From a virus, in the IMG/VR virus record IMGVR_UViG_3300046492_000369, positions 1 to 64,000 of that record: a stretch of 64,000 nt of DNA, one strand, 5' to 3'. The notes beneath the pieces were generated by a model, which worked only from the letters and a program-made list of their open reading frames with translations, did not search any database and was not told the origin of the DNA. The stretch's first letter is position 1. Each line of letters opens with the position of its first letter. Below are positions 45,721-56,698 of this stretch, piece by piece. The translations under genes and the position numbers were made by a program.

Positions 45721-45730
45721 GGAATAACTT

Positions 45731-46480
45731 ATGATGAAACTCTCCGAAATCTTCGAACAACTGACCACGGGGGAGCTTTCTCAGGTCGCCATTGGGGGCA
45801 ATGAGCAGGGGGGGATCGACGAAGCCAATTACCGGGCCGTGGCCAATCATGTCAAGCTGGGATTGACCACCCTGTACAACCGTTTCGACCTGAAACGTAG
45901 TGAAGTCGATGTGCTCTTGATGCCAGACCAGTACGTGTACCCACTGCAGAGCAAGTATGCCCTCAATGGGAAGAACTCGACCGAGCCGAAACGCTGGATC
46001 ATGGATACACCTTTGTCACCTTTCGGTGAAGATATCCTGAAAATTCTGGTTGTAAAGGGAGATACCGGAGAAGAATTCCCGTTGAACGACTACACCAACG
46101 AATATTCGGTTCATACCCCAACGATGGACAGTATCCGGGTGCCGGTGGAGGTGGTTACTCCAACCGACAGGACGCCAGTCTGGTACCGGACCACACAGTT
46201 AATGCTGTGTTACCAAGCCAATCACCCAAATTTCCTGCCTCGGGTGGGGTATTTTGATCCGGAGCTGACCAATATCGAGCTGCCGCTGACCCATCTGCAG
46301 GCATTGCTGTACTTTGTGGCTTCGCGGGTACATAACCCGATCGGTATGGGCCAGGAATTCAATGCCGGGAACAACTGGGCACAGCGATTCGAAGCAGAAT
46401 GCCAGCGACTGGAACAGGAAGGCCGGGAAATTGACAGCACTGCCGGGAATACCCGGGCAGAGCGGGGAGGATGGTGCTGA
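45731..46480 (+). CDS. virion protein (N4 gp67-like adaptor)
   Basis: L..GELS...G, IELP..HLQALLYFVASR; position after terL. Confidence 0.75.
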   Translation: MMKLSEIFEQLTTGELSQVAIGGNEQGGIDEANYRAVANHVKLGLTTLYNRFDLKRSEVDVLLMPDQYVYPLQSKYALNGKNSTEPKRWIMDTPLSPFGEDILKILVVKGDTGEEFPLNDYTNEYSVHTPTMDSIRVPVEVVTPTDRTPVWYRTTQLMLCYQANHPNFLPRVGYFDPELTNIELPLTHLQALLYFVASRVHNPIGMGQEFNAGNNWAQRFEAECQRLEQEGREIDSTAGNTRAERGGWC

Positions 46481-46495
46481 TTATGCGTAAATACT

Positions 46496-46530
46496 AAGAG
46501 AAGCGGCCCCCGAAGGGGCCGTTTTCTTTT
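46496..46530. terminator. probably bidirectional terminator
   Basis: AAGAGAAGCGGCCCC-CGAA-GGGGCCGTTTTCTTTT between convergent genes. Confidence 0.85.
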
Positions 46531-46543
46531 GAAGAGGTGGCGC

Positions 46544-46963
46544 TTAGCCGGTTGAACCGAACCCGCCAGTACCACGACGGGTTGGAGTGAGCGTAAGAAC
46601 ACGCTCTGGAGGGGAATCGAGGACTGGAACCAGTACGTATTGCAGGATTCTATCCCCTGCAGCCCAACCATAGCCAGGATAGTTCTTGGTTTTAAGGGAG
46701 GCAATCCATTCGCCACGGTAATCGGAGTCGATGATGCCGCAGGTATTGTTCAGTTCAAGGCCATGTTTGGCCCCAATACCGGAACGCGGGAAGATCATGG
46801 CCACATAACCTTCCGGAACTTGGGCTGCAAAGCCTAAAGCCACCCTTGTAGCCGTGTGTTCAGACGTAAAGCCAGCTTCAGGCATGTAGATGTCGTATGC
46901 ACCGGCACCTTCTGTCCCTTTTGTCGGAAGTTTGGCGTTTTCGTGGAAGATTAGTACTTTCAT
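46544..46963 (-). CDS. dut: trimeric dUTPase
   Basis: AGAYD, PRSG, GIIDSDYRGE, GDRILQ, RGTGGFGSTG; ATG 46963 after AAGGA. Confidence 0.95.
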   Translation of the reverse strand: MKVLIFHENAKLPTKGTEGAGAYDIYMPEAGFTSEHTATRVALGFAAQVPEGYVAMIFPRSGIGAKHGLELNNTCGIIDSDYRGEWIASLKTKNYPGYGWAAGDRILQYVLVPVLDSPPERVLTLTPTRRGTGGFGSTG

Positions 46964-47028
46964 GCAACGTATTCCTTTACAGAAAGGATTTCTATGGGAT
47001 AATCGAGCATCATTTCTTTGGGACAATC

Positions 47029-49212
47029 ATGATTGATCAAGCACAGCTCAGCAAAGAGGATGACGACGCGGGCAGCGACACGGTGGACAAGGAGAACTCT
47101 CCTGATCAGCTTACTGATTGGGTTAATCCACCGACAATTTATGATCTGAAGCAAGATCTTCAGGATGCCCGAAGTACTCATTCCGGTCAAGAAACAAAAA
47201 TTGGCGAGTATCTCGACAATCTGAATGTCACCGGGAAAGCCAAGGTCAAAACCCCCAAGGGCAACTCCTCGATTGTCCCTAAACTTATTCGCAAACAGGC
47301 CGAGTGGCGTTATGCCGCCCTGTCCGAACCGTATCTGAGCACCGATGATGTCTTCAAGGTGCAACCGGTCAGCTGGGAAGACCGTGCAGCCGCACAGCAG
47401 AATCAGATCCTGCTCAATAACCAGTTCAACACGAAGATTAACAAGGTCAACTTCATTGATACGTTGATCCGCACCGCTGTGGATGAAGGAACAGCGATCG
47501 TGAAGGTTGGCTGGGACTTCAGGGAAGAAGAATACGAAGCTGTCGTGCCAAAGACACAATATGTGGTTGATCCTAGCTTCATGCCGACAATTCAGTACAT
47601 TGACCAACTAAAGAATAACTCTCCCAGTCAGTACGACACTGATGTACCGGACGAACTCAAGACTGCTTACGAGATGTCGGTCGAGCAGAAACAAGCCATT
47701 CGTCCCGAGATCGTTGGCCAGGAAACGGTTACCAAGACCCGCACTGTCAAGAATTGTCCGACTGTAGAAGTCTGCGACTACCGCAATGTTATCGTGGACC
47801 CAACCTGCCATGGTGATGTCGAGAAAGCTGGCTTCATCATCTATTCCTTCGAAACTTCGCTAGCCGAGCTTCGCAAGGATGGCAAGTACAAGAACCTTAA
47901 TAGGGTGAATGTCGCCAACAATGGCCCGCTCAATGAGCCAGACCATCGTACCGATTTGGATGTCGCCAGCTTCAACTTCAATGACGAGCCTCGCAAGAAA
48001 ATCGTCGTGTATGAATATTGGGGCTTCTGGGATATCCACAAGAATGGCACCACAGTACCGATCGTAGCCGCTTGGGTTGGTGATCAACTGATCCGGATGG
48101 AAGAGAATCCTTTCCCGGACAAACAAATCCCATTCGTCATCATCCATTACCTGCCAGTGCGTCGTTCCAACTATGGCGAACCGGATGGTGTGCTGATTGA
48201 AGACAACCAGAAGATTGCTGGCGCAGTCACCCGGGGCATGATCGACATCCTCGCCAAGTCGGCTAATGGCCAGACTGGTATGCGCAAGGACATGCTGGAC
48301 TCCACGAACAAGAAGAAGTGGCAGAACGGTGAAGACTACGAGTTCAATGGCAATGTAGATCCCCGTGTTGGTGTGCACATGCATACCTATCCGGAGATTC
48401 CACAATCTGCGGGCATGATGCTGCAGCTTCAGAACATGGAAGCCGAGTCGTTGACGGGTGTGAAGAGCTTCAGCCAGGGTGTGTCCGGTAATGCCCTCGG
48501 TGAAGTGGCTGCTGGTGTACGTGGTGCGCTTGATGCAGCCTCCAAGCGAGAATTGGGTATTCTTCGTCGTATCTCCGCAGGTATTGTAGCCATTGGTCGC
48601 AAGATCATCAGCATGAATGCGGAGTTCCTTGAGCCCCAAGAAGTTATTCGGGTCACCAACGAAGACTTCGTGAAAGTTCGTAAAGACGACCTTCCAGGTA
48701 ACTTTGACCTGAAGCTGGGTGTATCCACGGCTGAAGAAGATGAGAAGAAGGCGCAGGAACTGGCCTTTATGCTCCAGACCATGGGTAACAACATGGATCC
48801 AGAGATGACCAAGATGATCCTGTCGGATATCGCTCGTCTACGCAAGATGCCGGAACTGGCCAAGAAGATCGAAATGTACCAACCAAAGCCAGATCCTATG
48901 CAGCAACAGATGCAACAACTACAAATGCAGCTGATACAAGCGCAGATTGCAGAATCTAACGCCAAAGCTCAAGCAGCACTGTCTTCTGTTGGTTTGCATC
49001 AGGCTAAAGTGGGTACAGAGCTGGCTAAAGCGGATCACTTCAAGGCTGATACGGATCAAAAGAATCTTGACTACGTTGAGCAAGAAAGTGGCGTGAAACA
49101 GGAGCGAGAGCTGGAGAAAGTGGACCGCCAGGCCACACATCAAGCTAGTAACGACCTTCTGAACCATTACATGGAACAAAAAGCCGCAAAAACTGCTGCC
49201 GCAAGTAAATAA
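47029..49212 (+). CDS. portal protein (N4 gp59-like)
   Basis: PKLIRKQAEWRY.ALSEP, AVDEGT.IVKVGW, EENPFPD..PF, AESLTGVKSF, Gln-rich C-terminal barrel; ATG 47029. Confidence 0.93.
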   Translation: MIDQAQLSKEDDDAGSDTVDKENSPDQLTDWVNPPTIYDLKQDLQDARSTHSGQETKIGEYLDNLNVTGKAKVKTPKGNSSIVPKLIRKQAEWRYAALSEPYLSTDDVFKVQPVSWEDRAAAQQNQILLNNQFNTKINKVNFIDTLIRTAVDEGTAIVKVGWDFREEEYEAVVPKTQYVVDPSFMPTIQYIDQLKNNSPSQYDTDVPDELKTAYEMSVEQKQAIRPEIVGQETVTKTRTVKNCPTVEVCDYRNVIVDPTCHGDVEKAGFIIYSFETSLAELRKDGKYKNLNRVNVANNGPLNEPDHRTDLDVASFNFNDEPRKKIVVYEYWGFWDIHKNGTTVPIVAAWVGDQLIRMEENPFPDKQIPFVIIHYLPVRRSNYGEPDGVLIEDNQKIAGAVTRGMIDILAKSANGQTGMRKDMLDSTNKKKWQNGEDYEFNGNVDPRVGVHMHTYPEIPQSAGMMLQLQNMEAESLTGVKSFSQGVSGNALGEVAAGVRGALDAASKRELGILRRISAGIVAIGRKIISMNAEFLEPQEVIRVTNEDFVKVRKDDLPGNFDLKLGVSTAEEDEKKAQELAFMLQTMGNNMDPEMTKMILSDIARLRKMPELAKKIEMYQPKPDPMQQQMQQLQMQLIQAQIAESNAKAQAALSSVGLHQAKVGTELAKADHFKADTDQKNLDYVEQESGVKQERELEKVDRQATHQASNDLLNHYMEQKAAKTAAASK

Positions 49213-49297
49213 TTGCTGCACATAAACTAGAAAGTGGTTATAGTGGCGTCGATGTAACCACTTTCTATTAACTTCTTATAGCACTGGTAGAACTTAA

Positions 49298-49642
49298 ATG
49301 AGCACTCAAGACGAGATTAACTCGATCGAACGTGATGTAAAGGTGGCACAGAAGGTTAAAGACCTTGGTGCTGCACTAGAACGTCTGTATTCCAACCGGG
49401 ACTTCCGCACTGTAATTAAGAGTGCGTACTTTGAAGGAGAAGCAGTGCGCTTGGTGCACGCTAAAGGCGATCCAAGCTGCCAGACCCCGGAAAAGCAGGC
49501 CAGTATCGTCAAACAAATCGATGCTATCTCGACGTTGAACCAGTTCTTCCTCACCATTCAGCATCAAGCCGGTCTGGCACTCAAGCAGATCGAAGAAGGC
49601 GAAGCGGTACTCGAAGAACTGCGGGCTGAGGAGCTCAAATAA
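49298..49642 (+). CDS. conserved head-module protein (N4 gp58 position)
   Basis: ALERL..NRDF..VI...YF..EAVRLV; TAATG coupling. Confidence 0.75.
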   Translation: MSTQDEINSIERDVKVAQKVKDLGAALERLYSNRDFRTVIKSAYFEGEAVRLVHAKGDPSCQTPEKQASIVKQIDAISTLNQFFLTIQHQAGLALKQIEEGEAVLEELRAEELK

Positions 49643-50895
49643 TGGCTACTGAAGACCAAAACCAAGATCAAGCACCTGACTTCCTGAGTATGTCGGATGA
49701 CGAGCTTGCCAACTTCGACCCAACCTCCATGGCTTCGGAAGCGGATAAGGAAACAACGACTGAACTATCCGATAAAGAAGCAGAAGAATATGGTGGTGAA
49801 CCGCAAAACGTAACCGACGTTCAGGATGACGATGCCGGTAACGGCAAAGGTGCTGGCGATGCAGACGAAGACCAAGACGACACGCAAGATGATGTGGACG
49901 GCGGTACTGCAGATGCGGCGGATAAGGCAGACAAAGATGCTGATGGCAAGGACGGCAAAACTACCGACCCAAAAGCCAATGACGGCAAAGATAAAGCAGT
50001 AAAAGATGGCGAAGCGAAGTCCGGCACCGAAGGTGCCAAGGACGAGAGTGCAGCCGTCGATTACAAGTCAGCTTATGAAAAGCTGATGGCTCCTTTCAAG
50101 GCCAATGGTCGTGAAATTCAAGCCAAGAGTGTAGAAGACGCGATCTCCCTGATGCAGATGGGCGCGAACTACAACAAGAAGATGGCAGGTTTGAAGCCGA
50201 GCATGAAGTTCCTGAAGATGCTCGAATCGAATGACCTGCTCGATGAAAGCAAACTCGGATTCTTGATCGACCTGTCAAAGCGTGACCCGGCAGCGATCAA
50301 CAAGCTGGTCTTGGATAGCAAGCTGGATCCCCTGGATCTCTCTGCTGAAAAGGCTGGTGAATATAAACCCGGTAACCACTCTGTCGATGATCGTGAGGTG
50401 GAACTGGATGAAGTGATCAATGAGCTGCGTAGCTCGGAACACTTCACCCGGACACTCCAAGTCGTTGGCAAAGACTGGGATGTGAAAAGCCGAGGGGTTG
50501 TAGCTTCTACCCCTGACCTGATGCGCGTGATTAACGGACACATGGAGTCCGGCATCTACGATCGCATCGTGGCAGAGATGGAAAGTGAACGTACCTTCGG
50601 TCGTTTGAAAGGATTGTCTGATCTCGAAGCATACCGGCAAGTTGGTGATGCGATTGAGGCGCGTGGTGGATTTAACGACCTGTTCAAGGGTAGCTCCCAA
50701 GAGCAGGCGAAATCGGCACCAGCGACCAAACAAATCGTGGAACCGAAACCGAAGCAGGCTGAAGACGACAAGCTGAAGGATAAGCGACGTGCTGCCAGCG
50801 GAACCCGCGCTGCACCCGCTGCCAAGGGAGTCCCTGCGGACTTCAACCCTTTAAATATGTCGGACGACGACTTCGCTAAGTTCCAACCAACTTAA
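49642..50895 (+). CDS. scaffold-like protein (N4 gp57-like)
   Basis: acidic disordered N-terminus, PFKANG...LMQMGANY.KKM, MSDD motif at both ends; directly before the capsid gene. Confidence 0.75.
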   Translation: MATEDQNQDQAPDFLSMSDDELANFDPTSMASEADKETTTELSDKEAEEYGGEPQNVTDVQDDDAGNGKGAGDADEDQDDTQDDVDGGTADAADKADKDADGKDGKTTDPKANDGKDKAVKDGEAKSGTEGAKDESAAVDYKSAYEKLMAPFKANGREIQAKSVEDAISLMQMGANYNKKMAGLKPSMKFLKMLESNDLLDESKLGFLIDLSKRDPAAINKLVLDSKLDPLDLSAEKAGEYKPGNHSVDDREVELDEVINELRSSEHFTRTLQVVGKDWDVKSRGVVASTPDLMRVINGHMESGIYDRIVAEMESERTFGRLKGLSDLEAYRQVGDAIEARGGFNDLFKGSSQEQAKSAPATKQIVEPKPKQAEDDKLKDKRRAASGTRAAPAAKGVPADFNPLNMSDDDFAKFQPT

Positions 50896-50907
50896 GAAAG
50901 GCACCAA

Positions 50908-52083
50908 ATGACTGCACGTCAGTATAACGGCGGTAACGCCGCAGGCAATCTGTCTACCATGTCGCCCCAACTCCTGGACCAGTACTTCCAGAAGCAGGCG
51001 CTGATCGAAGCACGCAAGACCCAGTTCTTCACCCAGCTGGCCGATGTCACGGCCATGCCGAAGAACATGGGCAAGAAGATCATTCGCTACCACTACCTGC
51101 CGCTGCTCGATGATGCCAACATCAACGACCAAGGCATCAATGCGGCTGGCGTCACGATCGCCAACGGTAACCTGTACGGTTCGTCGAAAGACATCGGTAC
51201 CATCCCGGGCAAGATGCCGGTGCTGTCGGAAGCCGGTGGCCGTGTCAACCGTGTTGGTTTCAAGCGCAAGACCATCGAAGGTACCTTCGAGAAGTTTGGT
51301 TTCTTCGACGAATATACCCAGGAATCGGTGGACTTCGACTCGGACGCTGACCTGCTGCAGCACATCAACCGCGAGATGATCAACGGTGCCAACGAGATCA
51401 CCGAAGACGCCCTGCAGATCGACCTGATCAATGCAGCTGGTGTGGTGAAGTACGCTGGTAACGCGACCTCGAACGCCACTGTTGGTGCTGATGATGTCGT
51501 GACTTACTCGGACCTGATGCACCTGTCGATTGACCTCGACAACAACCGCACGCCGAAGCACACCACGGTCATCACCGGCACCCGTCTGGTTGATACCCGT
51601 GTGCTACCCGCAGCCCGTGTCATGTACGTCGGTTCGGAGCTGATCCCGACCCTGCGTGCGATGAAGGACCTGCACAACAACCCGGCTTACATCTCGGTCG
51701 AGAAGTATGCGGCTGGTGGCAACACCGTGACCGGCGAAGAAGGCGCAGTGGACAAGTTCCGCATCGTCGTCGTGCCGGAAATGATGAAGTGGGCTGGTGC
51801 TGGTGCGGATGCTTCCGCAGACGCTGCGCACTACGAAACCAATAGCAAGTTCGACGTGTTCCCGATGCTGGTTGTCGGTGACGAATCGTTCACCACCATT
51901 GGCTTCCAGACGGACGGCAAGACCGTGAAGTTCAAGATCACCCACAAGAAGCCGGGTGACGAGACTGCGGACCGCAACGACCCGTATGGTGAAACCGGCT
52001 TCATGTCGATCAAGTGGTACTACGGCTTCATGGCCCTGCGCCCGGAACGTATCGCCCTGATCAAGACCGCGGCCTCGCTGTAA
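50908..52083 (+). CDS. major capsid protein (N4 gp56 family)
   Basis: [57 protein letters not shown]; strong codon bias. Confidence 0.96.
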   Translation: MTARQYNGGNAAGNLSTMSPQLLDQYFQKQALIEARKTQFFTQLADVTAMPKNMGKKIIRYHYLPLLDDANINDQGINAAGVTIANGNLYGSSKDIGTIPGKMPVLSEAGGRVNRVGFKRKTIEGTFEKFGFFDEYTQESVDFDSDADLLQHINREMINGANEITEDALQIDLINAAGVVKYAGNATSNATVGADDVVTYSDLMHLSIDLDNNRTPKHTTVITGTRLVDTRVLPAARVMYVGSELIPTLRAMKDLHNNPAYISVEKYAAGGNTVTGEEGAVDKFRIVVVPEMMKWAGAGADASADAAHYETNSKFDVFPMLVVGDESFTTIGFQTDGKTVKFKITHKKPGDETADRNDPYGETGFMSIKWYYGFMALRPERIALIKTAASL

Positions 52084-52101
52084 TCGGCAAGTAGCGTGAT
52101 A

Positions 52102-52127
52102 GGGGAGGGGGCAACCTCTCCCCATTT
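52102..52127 (+). terminator. terminator-like hairpin after the capsid gene
   Basis: GGGGAGGGG-GCAA-CCTCTCCCC-ATTT. Confidence 0.65.
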
Positions 52128-52170
52128 CAACCTCACTCACCCCACTGATATCTATTCATTAGGACACAAC

Positions 52171-52896
52171 ATGGAAAACCAAGACCAAATCCCGGGCGTT
52201 GATGACGAACAGCCTGCCCTGCCCCAAGTCGATGAACTAACCGCCCTGAAAGAGCGTGCCGACCTGATGGGTATTCAATATCATCCCTCGATTGGCTTGG
52301 AAAAGCTACGCGCAAAGATCAACGAAGCCATCACGACTGAAGGTGCTCCGAAGCGTGCTGAAGACGCTCCCGTTGCAGCCCCTGTCGCTGTCCCGACTCA
52401 AGCCTACCAGGCTGAATCGCTGGCTCCGGTACCGGAAAAAGCTGCACCAGTTCTCGAAAAGCGTACTTTCCTGACCCCGAAACAGCATGCTGATGCCGAA
52501 TCGGTGCCAGTTGAAGGTGAAACCCTCTCCCAGAAACGTGTACGCCTGAAGCGTCATGCCAATGAGCTGATCCGTATTCGTGTCACCTGCATGAACCCGG
52601 CCAAGAAGGAATGGGAAGGCGAAATCATCTCGGTAGGTAACAGCCTCGTCAAGACGATCTCGAAATATGTCCCGTTCGGTATCGACGAAGGCTGGCATGT
52701 ACCCCGCATCCTGTACAACGTCCTGCGTGATCGCCAAGCCCAGATCTTCGTCACCGTGACTGATGAAAAGGGTAACAAGGTACGCAAGGGCAAGCTCATC
52801 AAAGAATTTGCAATCGAAGTGCTGGAGCCCCTGACCAAGGAAGAACTGGCCGAACTGGCAGCCCGCCAAGCAGCCAGCCGCTCGGTTGACGCCTAA
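52171..52896 (+). CDS. N4 gp55-like protein
   Basis: LKERADLMGI.YHPSIG.EKLR, LIRIRVTCMNP.KK...GEI, EFAIEVL.PLT.EEL; ATG 52171 after AGGA. Confidence 0.8.
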   Translation: MENQDQIPGVDDEQPALPQVDELTALKERADLMGIQYHPSIGLEKLRAKINEAITTEGAPKRAEDAPVAAPVAVPTQAYQAESLAPVPEKAAPVLEKRTFLTPKQHADAESVPVEGETLSQKRVRLKRHANELIRIRVTCMNPAKKEWEGEIISVGNSLVKTISKYVPFGIDEGWHVPRILYNVLRDRQAQIFVTVTDEKGNKVRKGKLIKEFAIEVLEPLTKEELAELAARQAASRSVDA

Positions 52897-52928
52897 ATAG
52901 TAAATACTGACCACCACCCGGATAGAAC

Positions 52929-53762
52929 ATGACTGAATTGACGATCACTGATCTGACCGATGGCACCTTGGATGGTGCCGGTGTCTTCGACAAGATGATG
53001 GCTGCCGTAAAGGCCCACCTGGAGTCGGAGTACCTGAAGAATCGGATCAAAGGACCGGAGTACGCCACGGTCTATCTGGGTGCGTTACAAAATGTGCTGA
53101 ATAGTGGCCTGCAGTTCGTACTGCAGAGGCAAACTGCTGCTTTACAGGCAGATCTGTTGGCTCAACAGATCTTACTGGCTGAAGTCGAAGTCCAGAAAGC
53201 CAACGTCCAGTTGGAATTGCTGGCTTTGGAAAAGGACAAGTCCAATGCCGAGATTGCCCAGTTGACTGCTCAGACGGCACTGGTTGAAGCCCAACAAGCC
53301 AAGGTGGAAGAAGAAACGCTGCTGGTACCGAAACAAGGTGAGCAGATCGAGGCTCAGACGGCACTGCTGGTACAACAGGAAGCCAATGCAGTCCTCGAAG
53401 GCAAGGTACTAGTGGCACAGGAGTGCAAACTGCGTGCCGAGTACGACCTGACAGTGAATACCAACACCAAGACCACGGCAGAAATCTCGGTGCTGAATCA
53501 GAAGCTGGCCACTGAAAAAGCCCAGATCTTGTCGATGGGTGTGGATGAAGACAGTGTGATTGGTCGCCAGAAGCAACTGTATGCCAAGCAATCCGCTGGT
53601 TTCGACCGGGATGCCGAGCAGAAGGCAGCCAGCTTGATGGTTCAGTCGTGGAATACTCGCCGCATGACTGATGAAGCCACGGTTGCGGATGGTACCAACA
53701 TGCTCAATGATGCCACGGTGGGTCGAGCAGTAATCAAGCTCCTCTCCGGTATCAACGCTTAA
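52929..53762 (+). CDS. virion protein (N4 gp54-like)
   Basis: G.GVFDKMM...HL..EY.KNRI.G.EYA, coiled coil, G.Q..LY..Q..GF.RDAEQK. Confidence 0.8.
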   Translation: MTELTITDLTDGTLDGAGVFDKMMAAVKAHLESEYLKNRIKGPEYATVYLGALQNVLNSGLQFVLQRQTAALQADLLAQQILLAEVEVQKANVQLELLALEKDKSNAEIAQLTAQTALVEAQQAKVEEETLLVPKQGEQIEAQTALLVQQEANAVLEGKVLVAQECKLRAEYDLTVNTNTKTTAEISVLNQKLATEKAQILSMGVDEDSVIGRQKQLYAKQSAGFDRDAEQKAASLMVQSWNTRRMTDEATVADGTNMLNDATVGRAVIKLLSGINA

Positions 53763-53792
53763 GAATGCCTTAGCCACCAGCGATGGGCCTTT

Positions 53793-53821
53793 GGGGAGCA
53801 TAAAGCTCCCCGTTTTTTATT
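53793..53821 (+). terminator. intrinsic terminator
   Basis: GGGGAGC-ATAAA-GCTCCCC-GTTTTTTATT. Confidence 0.8.
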
Positions 53822-53833
53822 CAGGAGCAGTGC

Positions 53834-56116
53834 ATGGGTCTGTTCAGTAGCAAATACGTCACTAATGTGTCCACCACGGTGGCCAGGGTGATCGAGGATC
53901 ACTCGCTACCGAACTCCCTCAAGCATGGTGCCTTGAAAGGTTTGCTGGAAGATCCCGAGCAAATCGTGGAATACATACAGGAAGAAATGGTGGGCAGTCT
54001 TGGTATCAAGGCCCATAGCATGTTCCGTTACGGGAAGAACACCTACCTGTATGGCTTACCGTCCGGTTCAATCCACGCTTCCGATGATGGCAGGGATGTA
54101 GCCCAAACCACGATCGCAAGTATCGTAGGCCAGTCCGTAACACTGGACTATTACCATTTTGGTGTCCTGAACAACCTGCATGTAGGTTGGGTCAAGCTCA
54201 TTACCGAACATGGTTACAACACCAAGACCAATGTACTAGGTAACCTGACAGCAGCCAAAGGCAAACCAGTAGTACTCAATAACATGGTAGTAGTAGTGCA
54301 GGAAGCAACACTACCTGAGCTATCCAATGGTTCACTGGACCAATGGGGTACACCCCCATGGGCTACATCACAAGCGACTGGTGGCAGCAATGACCTCTTC
54401 CTTAATGCTGTCAACACTGTTGTCAAGCCTCAGCACTTATTCGAAGTAGATGCTACGGCAGCCAATGATTATGTGCGTGTTGAATATTCCTGGCTTGAAG
54501 ATGTCGTTGCGCAGGTGGAAGGTGTCAATATCACCCGTCAGCAGAAGCAGACTGGCAGCTTCAGAATAGAGCTCCTTGGTTTGGATGACAACGCTGCCTG
54601 GCACCAGGCCAAGTACACCCGAGCTGATGGTGAAATCGGCTACTGGCTGTATCAGGCGGGAACCAATACTTACCCAGAAATTGATAGCCTGCATGACCCG
54701 GATCATGATGAGAACGGTAGCTATTTCCCATTCGGGTACTTCCGCTATGCCAAGGTGAGTGGTCTACAGGACAAGAACAGCGATTGGTTCAAGCACAGCA
54801 AAAAACTGATGAACTGCATCGGCATAGACTATGAAACCGTGACCGACGCGATCCACCAGAATCCAGGTATCGAAAACGTGGAACAAGCCATGCTTACCAT
54901 GGCTGTACCTGCTGTGACCGAAAATCAGGTGGAGATGCGCTACCTGTTCGACTATTTCAGCGAACTGATGGTGCTTACGGGTGGTTCACTGGGATCTCAC
55001 CCCATTGGGGACACTAATGGCATTAAGGAACTGATTAACAAGGTACTCAATGGTGGTATGGCGGATAACGCCATCATCATTCAGGATAAACGCTTCAAGA
55101 TGGCCTTGAGCTTCCGGGGCATCTACAAAACCATCGTCCAAGGCAGTATAGGTGATATCGGTACCTATGCTTGTGGCTGGAACATGCGGACCACAACTGA
55201 AGACTTCAAGGACGTGAACACAGGCGAGTCTGCACCATGGAATACAACTACCCGGGCACACTGGTACCGTAAGCAAGTTAGTGATACCCAATACGAAGAG
55301 GTTCAAGTTAGTAACCTGAAGATGACCTACTACATCTATGGCGACTACACGACTGTAGGGGATGAGAACGACGACATCCTGCTGGTCCCGATCGACAAGT
55401 TCATCACCAATAACTACACACTGAAGGTACGGGAAGAGCTCTATGCACGCAGCCTGCACTACGTCTTCAACAGCCGTGTCATTACAGAAGTAAAGTGGTA
55501 CCAGCAAGGCTGGTTCAGGGCACTCATGGTGGTGGCAGCCATCGTCATCACAATCATTACTCAGGGTGCAACATGGCAAGCCATTGGGGCTGCTCTTGTA
55601 GCAGGGACTATTACGATTGAGGCTGTAATTTACATGATAGCAATCGCTATCTTGAAATATGTAGCGATCAGTATCGCGGTAAAGCTCTTCATCAAAGTAG
55701 TGGGTGTCAAATTTGCCTTGATTGTAGCTATTGTGGCTGCTATTGCGGGCTCCTACCAAGCCATTGAAGCAGGATCCATTAAAGGCGCACCCTGGGCCAG
55801 TCAACTGCTACAGGCGTCCACCAGCATCAGTAAAGGCGTCAATCTTGAATTGAAGAGGGAATTTGCTGAACTAAAGGTGGATGCCGAGAACTTCCAGCAA
55901 TACACCAAGGATCAGAAAGAAAAACTTGATGCAGCCAAGAATTTGTTGGTTAATGACACCGATTACTTGACACCCATCGTGATTTTTGGCGAAAAGCCAA
56001 CTGAATATTTTCAACGAACAGTGCATTCCGGTAACATTGGGGTTTTAGGGCTCGATGCGATATCGGCGTATGTAGATGTGGCGCTCCAGCTGCCTAAATT
56101 GACCGATACCTTATAG
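53834..56116 (+). CDS. virion protein with C-terminal TM helices (N4 gp53-like)
   Basis: MGLFSSK start, KWYQ.GWF then ~85 hydrophobic residues, GE.P..YF.RT. Confidence 0.8.
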   Translation: MGLFSSKYVTNVSTTVARVIEDHSLPNSLKHGALKGLLEDPEQIVEYIQEEMVGSLGIKAHSMFRYGKNTYLYGLPSGSIHASDDGRDVAQTTIASIVGQSVTLDYYHFGVLNNLHVGWVKLITEHGYNTKTNVLGNLTAAKGKPVVLNNMVVVVQEATLPELSNGSLDQWGTPPWATSQATGGSNDLFLNAVNTVVKPQHLFEVDATAANDYVRVEYSWLEDVVAQVEGVNITRQQKQTGSFRIELLGLDDNAAWHQAKYTRADGEIGYWLYQAGTNTYPEIDSLHDPDHDENGSYFPFGYFRYAKVSGLQDKNSDWFKHSKKLMNCIGIDYETVTDAIHQNPGIENVEQAMLTMAVPAVTENQVEMRYLFDYFSELMVLTGGSLGSHPIGDTNGIKELINKVLNGGMADNAIIIQDKRFKMALSFRGIYKTIVQGSIGDIGTYACGWNMRTTTEDFKDVNTGESAPWNTTTRAHWYRKQVSDTQYEEVQVSNLKMTYYIYGDYTTVGDENDDILLVPIDKFITNNYTLKVREELYARSLHYVFNSRVITEVKWYQQGWFRALMVVAAIVITIITQGATWQAIGAALVAGTITIEAVIYMIAIAILKYVAISIAVKLFIKVVGVKFALIVAIVAAIAGSYQAIEAGSIKGAPWASQLLQASTSISKGVNLELKREFAELKVDAENFQQYTKDQKEKLDAAKNLLVNDTDYLTPIVIFGEKPTEYFQRTVHSGNIGVLGLDAISAYVDVALQLPKLTDTL

Positions 56117-56127
56117 GAGATAGATAC

Positions 56128-56697
56128 GTGGGACTCTTTTCTAATATTGATGGCTTGGGGAACCCTGCTGACTACGGGTCATTGGGTGGATATGGGCTTA
56201 ACCAAGCCCTGGCTCCCCCTGTCCCGGTTGCAGACTACGTTACCAAGACTCCGTGGACTTCGCCCCCGATCGACCCATTGACTGGCCAACAGGACTTTCT
56301 AGCAGGAATAGGCGCACCTGCACAGGCTTCAGGACAGGTTGACCTCAGTGGTCTGAACTTTGGTAATGCTTCTTCTGGAAGTTCCCTCAGTGACCTCTTT
56401 GGTGGCAATACTTTTGGTGGTTTCTTGGGCAAGACCGAGAACGGTGTGGCTACCCAAGGTTGGGGTGGTCTGGCCCTCGGAGCAGCACAAAGTATTGGTA
56501 ACATCTTCATGGGTATGAAACAGTATGGTTTAGCTAAAGATCAACTGACCCAATCCAAGAAACAGTTTGACTTAAACTTCGGTGCACAACAGAAGCTTAC
56601 CAACGCCAATCTGGAAGATCGCCAGCGTGCGCGAGTAGCCTCCAATCCGGGTGCTTACCAGTCGGTAGGCGATTATATGAAAGCTCACGGGATCTAA
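56128..56697 (+). CDS. ejection protein (N4 gp52-like)
   Basis: Gly-rich hydrophobic segment then KQYGLAKDQL...F..N...Q..LTN..LEDRQRAR; GTG after AGGAG. Confidence 0.75.
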   Translation: MGLFSNIDGLGNPADYGSLGGYGLNQALAPPVPVADYVTKTPWTSPPIDPLTGQQDFLAGIGAPAQASGQVDLSGLNFGNASSGSSLSDLFGGNTFGGFLGKTENGVATQGWGGLALGAAQSIGNIFMGMKQYGLAKDQLTQSKKQFDLNFGAQQKLTNANLEDRQRARVASNPGAYQSVGDYMKAHGI

Positions 56698-56698
56698 T